Origin: Candidatus Eiseniibacteriota bacterium
GTDB lineage: Bacteria > Eisenbacteria > RBG-16-71-46
Direction: 5' to 3'
Assembly: GCA_963744995.1 (NCBI GenBank)
Contig: CAVUWA010000009.1
Coordinates: 192,001 to 256,000 of the forward strand
DNA length: 64,000 bases
Every line of letters starts with the position of its first letter. Within the stretch, counting starts at the first letter, position 1. A program made the translations under genes and the position numbers. Positions 62,066-64,000 of the stretch are shown here, piece by piece. The notes under the pieces are model-generated. The model was not told the origin of the DNA. It saw nothing but the letters and a program-made list of their open reading frames with translations, and did not search any database.

Positions 62066-62197
62066 TGGCTTGCCGGCGATGGGATCGCCGGATGATGGAT
62101 GGAGGCACGCCGCGTGAAGCCTTCTCGACGCCCGCATGTGCGCAGCCCGCGGCCGGCCGCGGCCGCGCCGGCGATGACGCGCACGCGCTGCGCGTTC

Positions 62198-62234
62198 GCG
62201 GGGATGTCCGCAAGGACATCCCCGCTTTCGTTTT
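62198..62234 (+). terminator. Intrinsic terminator after the tRNA pair
   Basis: GCGGGGATGTCC-GCAA-GGACATCCCCGC followed by TTTCGTTTT. Confidence 0.85.
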
Positions 62235-62253
62235 CCGCGGAAGGAGGGTGCGC

Positions 62254-62967
62254 GTGACCGAAGAACTGCAGCGGCTCTGGAACCTGCACCTGCTGGACGA
62301 CGAGGCGGTGCGGCTCAGGAGCGCGCTCGAGCAGCACCCCGCCGAGAAGGCCGCGGCCGACATGCGGCTCGCCGAAGAGCGTGCGGCGCTCGAGCACAAC
62401 CGCGCACGGAGCGCGGCTTCGCAGAAGCAGCGCCGCGATCTCGAGCGTGAGGCCGAGGGCTTTGCCGCGGAGGAGCGGAAGTTTCAGGCGCAGCTCCCCG
62501 GCGTGAAGAAGAACGAGGAATACCAGGCGCTGCTGCACGAGATCGAGAACGTGAAGTCGAAGCGTTCGGATCTGGAAACGCGGGTGCTCGAGCGGCTCGA
62601 AGCGGAGGAGCGGCTCGAAGGCGAACGCCCCGCGCTCGAAGACGCGCTGGCCCGGGCCGAGGCCGAGGTGCGCGCGCAGGTGGCGAAGATCGAGGCGCTC
62701 GAAGCCGACGAGCGCCGGCGGCTCGAGGAGCTGGACGGACGCCGCGCCGCCGAGCTCCAGGCGCTGTCGCCACCGACCCGCGCGCGCTACGAACGGATCC
62801 ACGTGTCCCGGCAGGGGCGCGCGGTGGTGCCGGTCGAGAAGAGCGCGTGCGGGGGGTGTTTCCGCGCCCTGCCGCCGCAGATCATGCAGGAGGCGAAGAA
62901 GCGCGATCGCCTCCTGAACTGCGAGGGCTGCGGGCGGTTGCTGGTCTATCCGCCCGACGCGCCCTGA
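62254..62967 (+). CDS. Coiled-coil C4-type zinc-ribbon protein
   Basis: AAGGAGG RBS, KNEEYQAL..EI, YERI, CGGC...PPQ and CEGCGRLL. Confidence 0.9.
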   Translation: MTEELQRLWNLHLLDDEAVRLRSALEQHPAEKAAADMRLAEERAALEHNRARSAASQKQRRDLEREAEGFAAEERKFQAQLPGVKKNEEYQALLHEIENVKSKRSDLETRVLERLEAEERLEGERPALEDALARAEAEVRAQVAKIEALEADERRRLEELDGRRAAELQALSPPTRARYERIHVSRQGRAVVPVEKSACGGCFRALPPQIMQEAKKRDRLLNCEGCGRLLVYPPDAP

Positions 62968-62982
62968 GCGGGAAGCGCATCC

Positions 62983-64000
62983 ATGAGTGATCCGGCGCCC
63001 CGCGGAAGCGGCCTGCCGTTCCGGCGCCTCGCGGTGATCCTCTCCGGAGGCGGCGCGTTCGGCGCCTACGAAGTGGGCGTGCTGCGCGTGCTGGAGCGGC
63101 TCGGCATCCGCCCTTCCATCATGGCCGGTGTGTCGGTGGGGGCGATCAACGCGCTGCTGTGGATCGCGCACGACGGCCGCACCGAGCCGCTGGTCGAGAC
63201 CTGGTCGAAGCTGAATCCCTCGGGGGCGGGGCTGCGCTGGACCACGCTCGCCCTGCGTGCGCTCGGCATGCTGCTCGTCTCGATCGCGGTGATCGAGATC
63301 GTCCTGAGCCTCGTCGGTTCCCCGGAGCTCGGCTTCTGGAAATTCCTGCGTGGCGGCCGCACCAATGTGGACGAGACCACCTCGGTGCTGCTGGACGTCA
63401 TGGCGTGGACGATCGTGGCGGTCCTGGGCATGCTGGTCGCCCGGCTTTCGCGCCGCGCCGAGGCGTGGCTCGCGGGGCTGCCGAACACGCGGTTCGGGCG
63501 CGGCTGGCAGCGCTGGTTCGGGCGCGCGCTGGTGATCGCCGCGATCGTGCACGGCGTCGTCTGGGCCGCCGGCTGGCCCTGGCCGCACCGTTTCAGCGCG
63601 ACGACGCTGTTGATCGCGGGCGGCGTGTGGGCGTTCCAGAAGACCGGCGGCGGCGACCGCTGGCTGCGCGCGCTGATCATCCGCATGCTGCCCGAGACCG
63701 GCGGCCGCGGCGCGTGGGGCAGCGAAACGCGGCGGCGGCTGATCGAACGGGTGCTGGCCCGCGGGCGGCCGCGGCGCGTGGTGTCGGGCGACATCCGGCT
63801 GATGATCAGCGCGTGCGCGCTCGACACCGGGACCATGAGCTACTTCATCAACTGGCCCGATCCCGATCCGGCGTTTCGCGAGCGCGTACGCCGCGCGCTC
63901 GGCGAGGTCCGGGTGATGCGGCGGCCGCGCGACGCGGTGCTGGCGGCCCTCGCGTCGTCGGCGCTGCCGGTGGTCTACGAGCCGGTGCGCATCGACGGGC
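62983..64000 (+). CDS. Patatin-like phospholipase with inserted TM segments (runs off the window)
   Basis: LSGGGAFGAYEVG, GVSVG nucleophile motif, ASSALPVVYEPVRIDG at the window end. Confidence 0.88.
   Translation, partial: MSDPAPRGSGLPFRRLAVILSGGGAFGAYEVGVLRVLERLGIRPSIMAGVSVGAINALLWIAHDGRTEPLVETWSKLNPSGAGLRWTTLALRALGMLLVSIAVIEIVLSLVGSPELGFWKFLRGGRTNVDETTSVLLDVMAWTIVAVLGMLVARLSRRAEAWLAGLPNTRFGRGWQRWFGRALVIAAIVHGVVWAAGWPWPHRFSATTLLIAGGVWAFQKTGGGDRWLRALIIRMLPETGGRGAWGSETRRRLIERVLARGRPRRVVSGDIRLMISACALDTGTMSYFINWPDPDPAFRERVRRALGEVRVMRRPRDAVLAALASSALPVVYEPVRIDG

Overview
A very GC-rich, gene-dense bacterial chromosomal segment from a diderm (lipid A acyltransferase, secretin, outer-membrane barrel, Lol-like proteins). 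Almost all genes are on the + strand. No mobile elements, CRISPR arrays or rRNA were seen. Gene order: histidine utilisation (hutU-hutI-ftcD); TPR protein; PHP protein; solitary ECF S-component plus TonB-receptor-like barrel; comEA; a large type IVa pilus cluster (pilB-T-C-S-R, two pilins, ABC/TPR trio, pilMNOPQ); aroK; two Lol-like genes; rsmD-coaD-pta; FmdB zinc ribbon; aconitase homolog; obgE; HEAT protein; dprA; lpxL; thioesterase; DUF3467; a kinase-like sensor; tRNA-Phe and tRNA-Thr; glmM-glmS-ridA-selD-tRNA-Sec; lepA-lepB-hemW-hrcA-grpE-dnaJ-rsmE; rpsU-cvpA-mutS2-dnaG-rpoD; a hybrid kinase; tRNA-Ile2 and tRNA-Val; a zinc-ribbon protein; a patatin. The most unusual signals are (1) a full-length aconitase homolog whose Fe-S ligands and catalytic motifs are all replaced, (2) a histidine-kinase homolog lacking its phosphoacceptor His and ending in DRR repeats, (3) tRNA-Sec lying inside an open frame that starts at the selD stop, and (4) layered pilus regulation read from the DNA (three sigma54 promoters, a TGCA-N3-TGCA motif, sigma28-like promoters). 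Six single-base insertions between 13.8 and 18.1 kb are probably sequencing errors. All calls come from motif recognition by eye; no searches were run.
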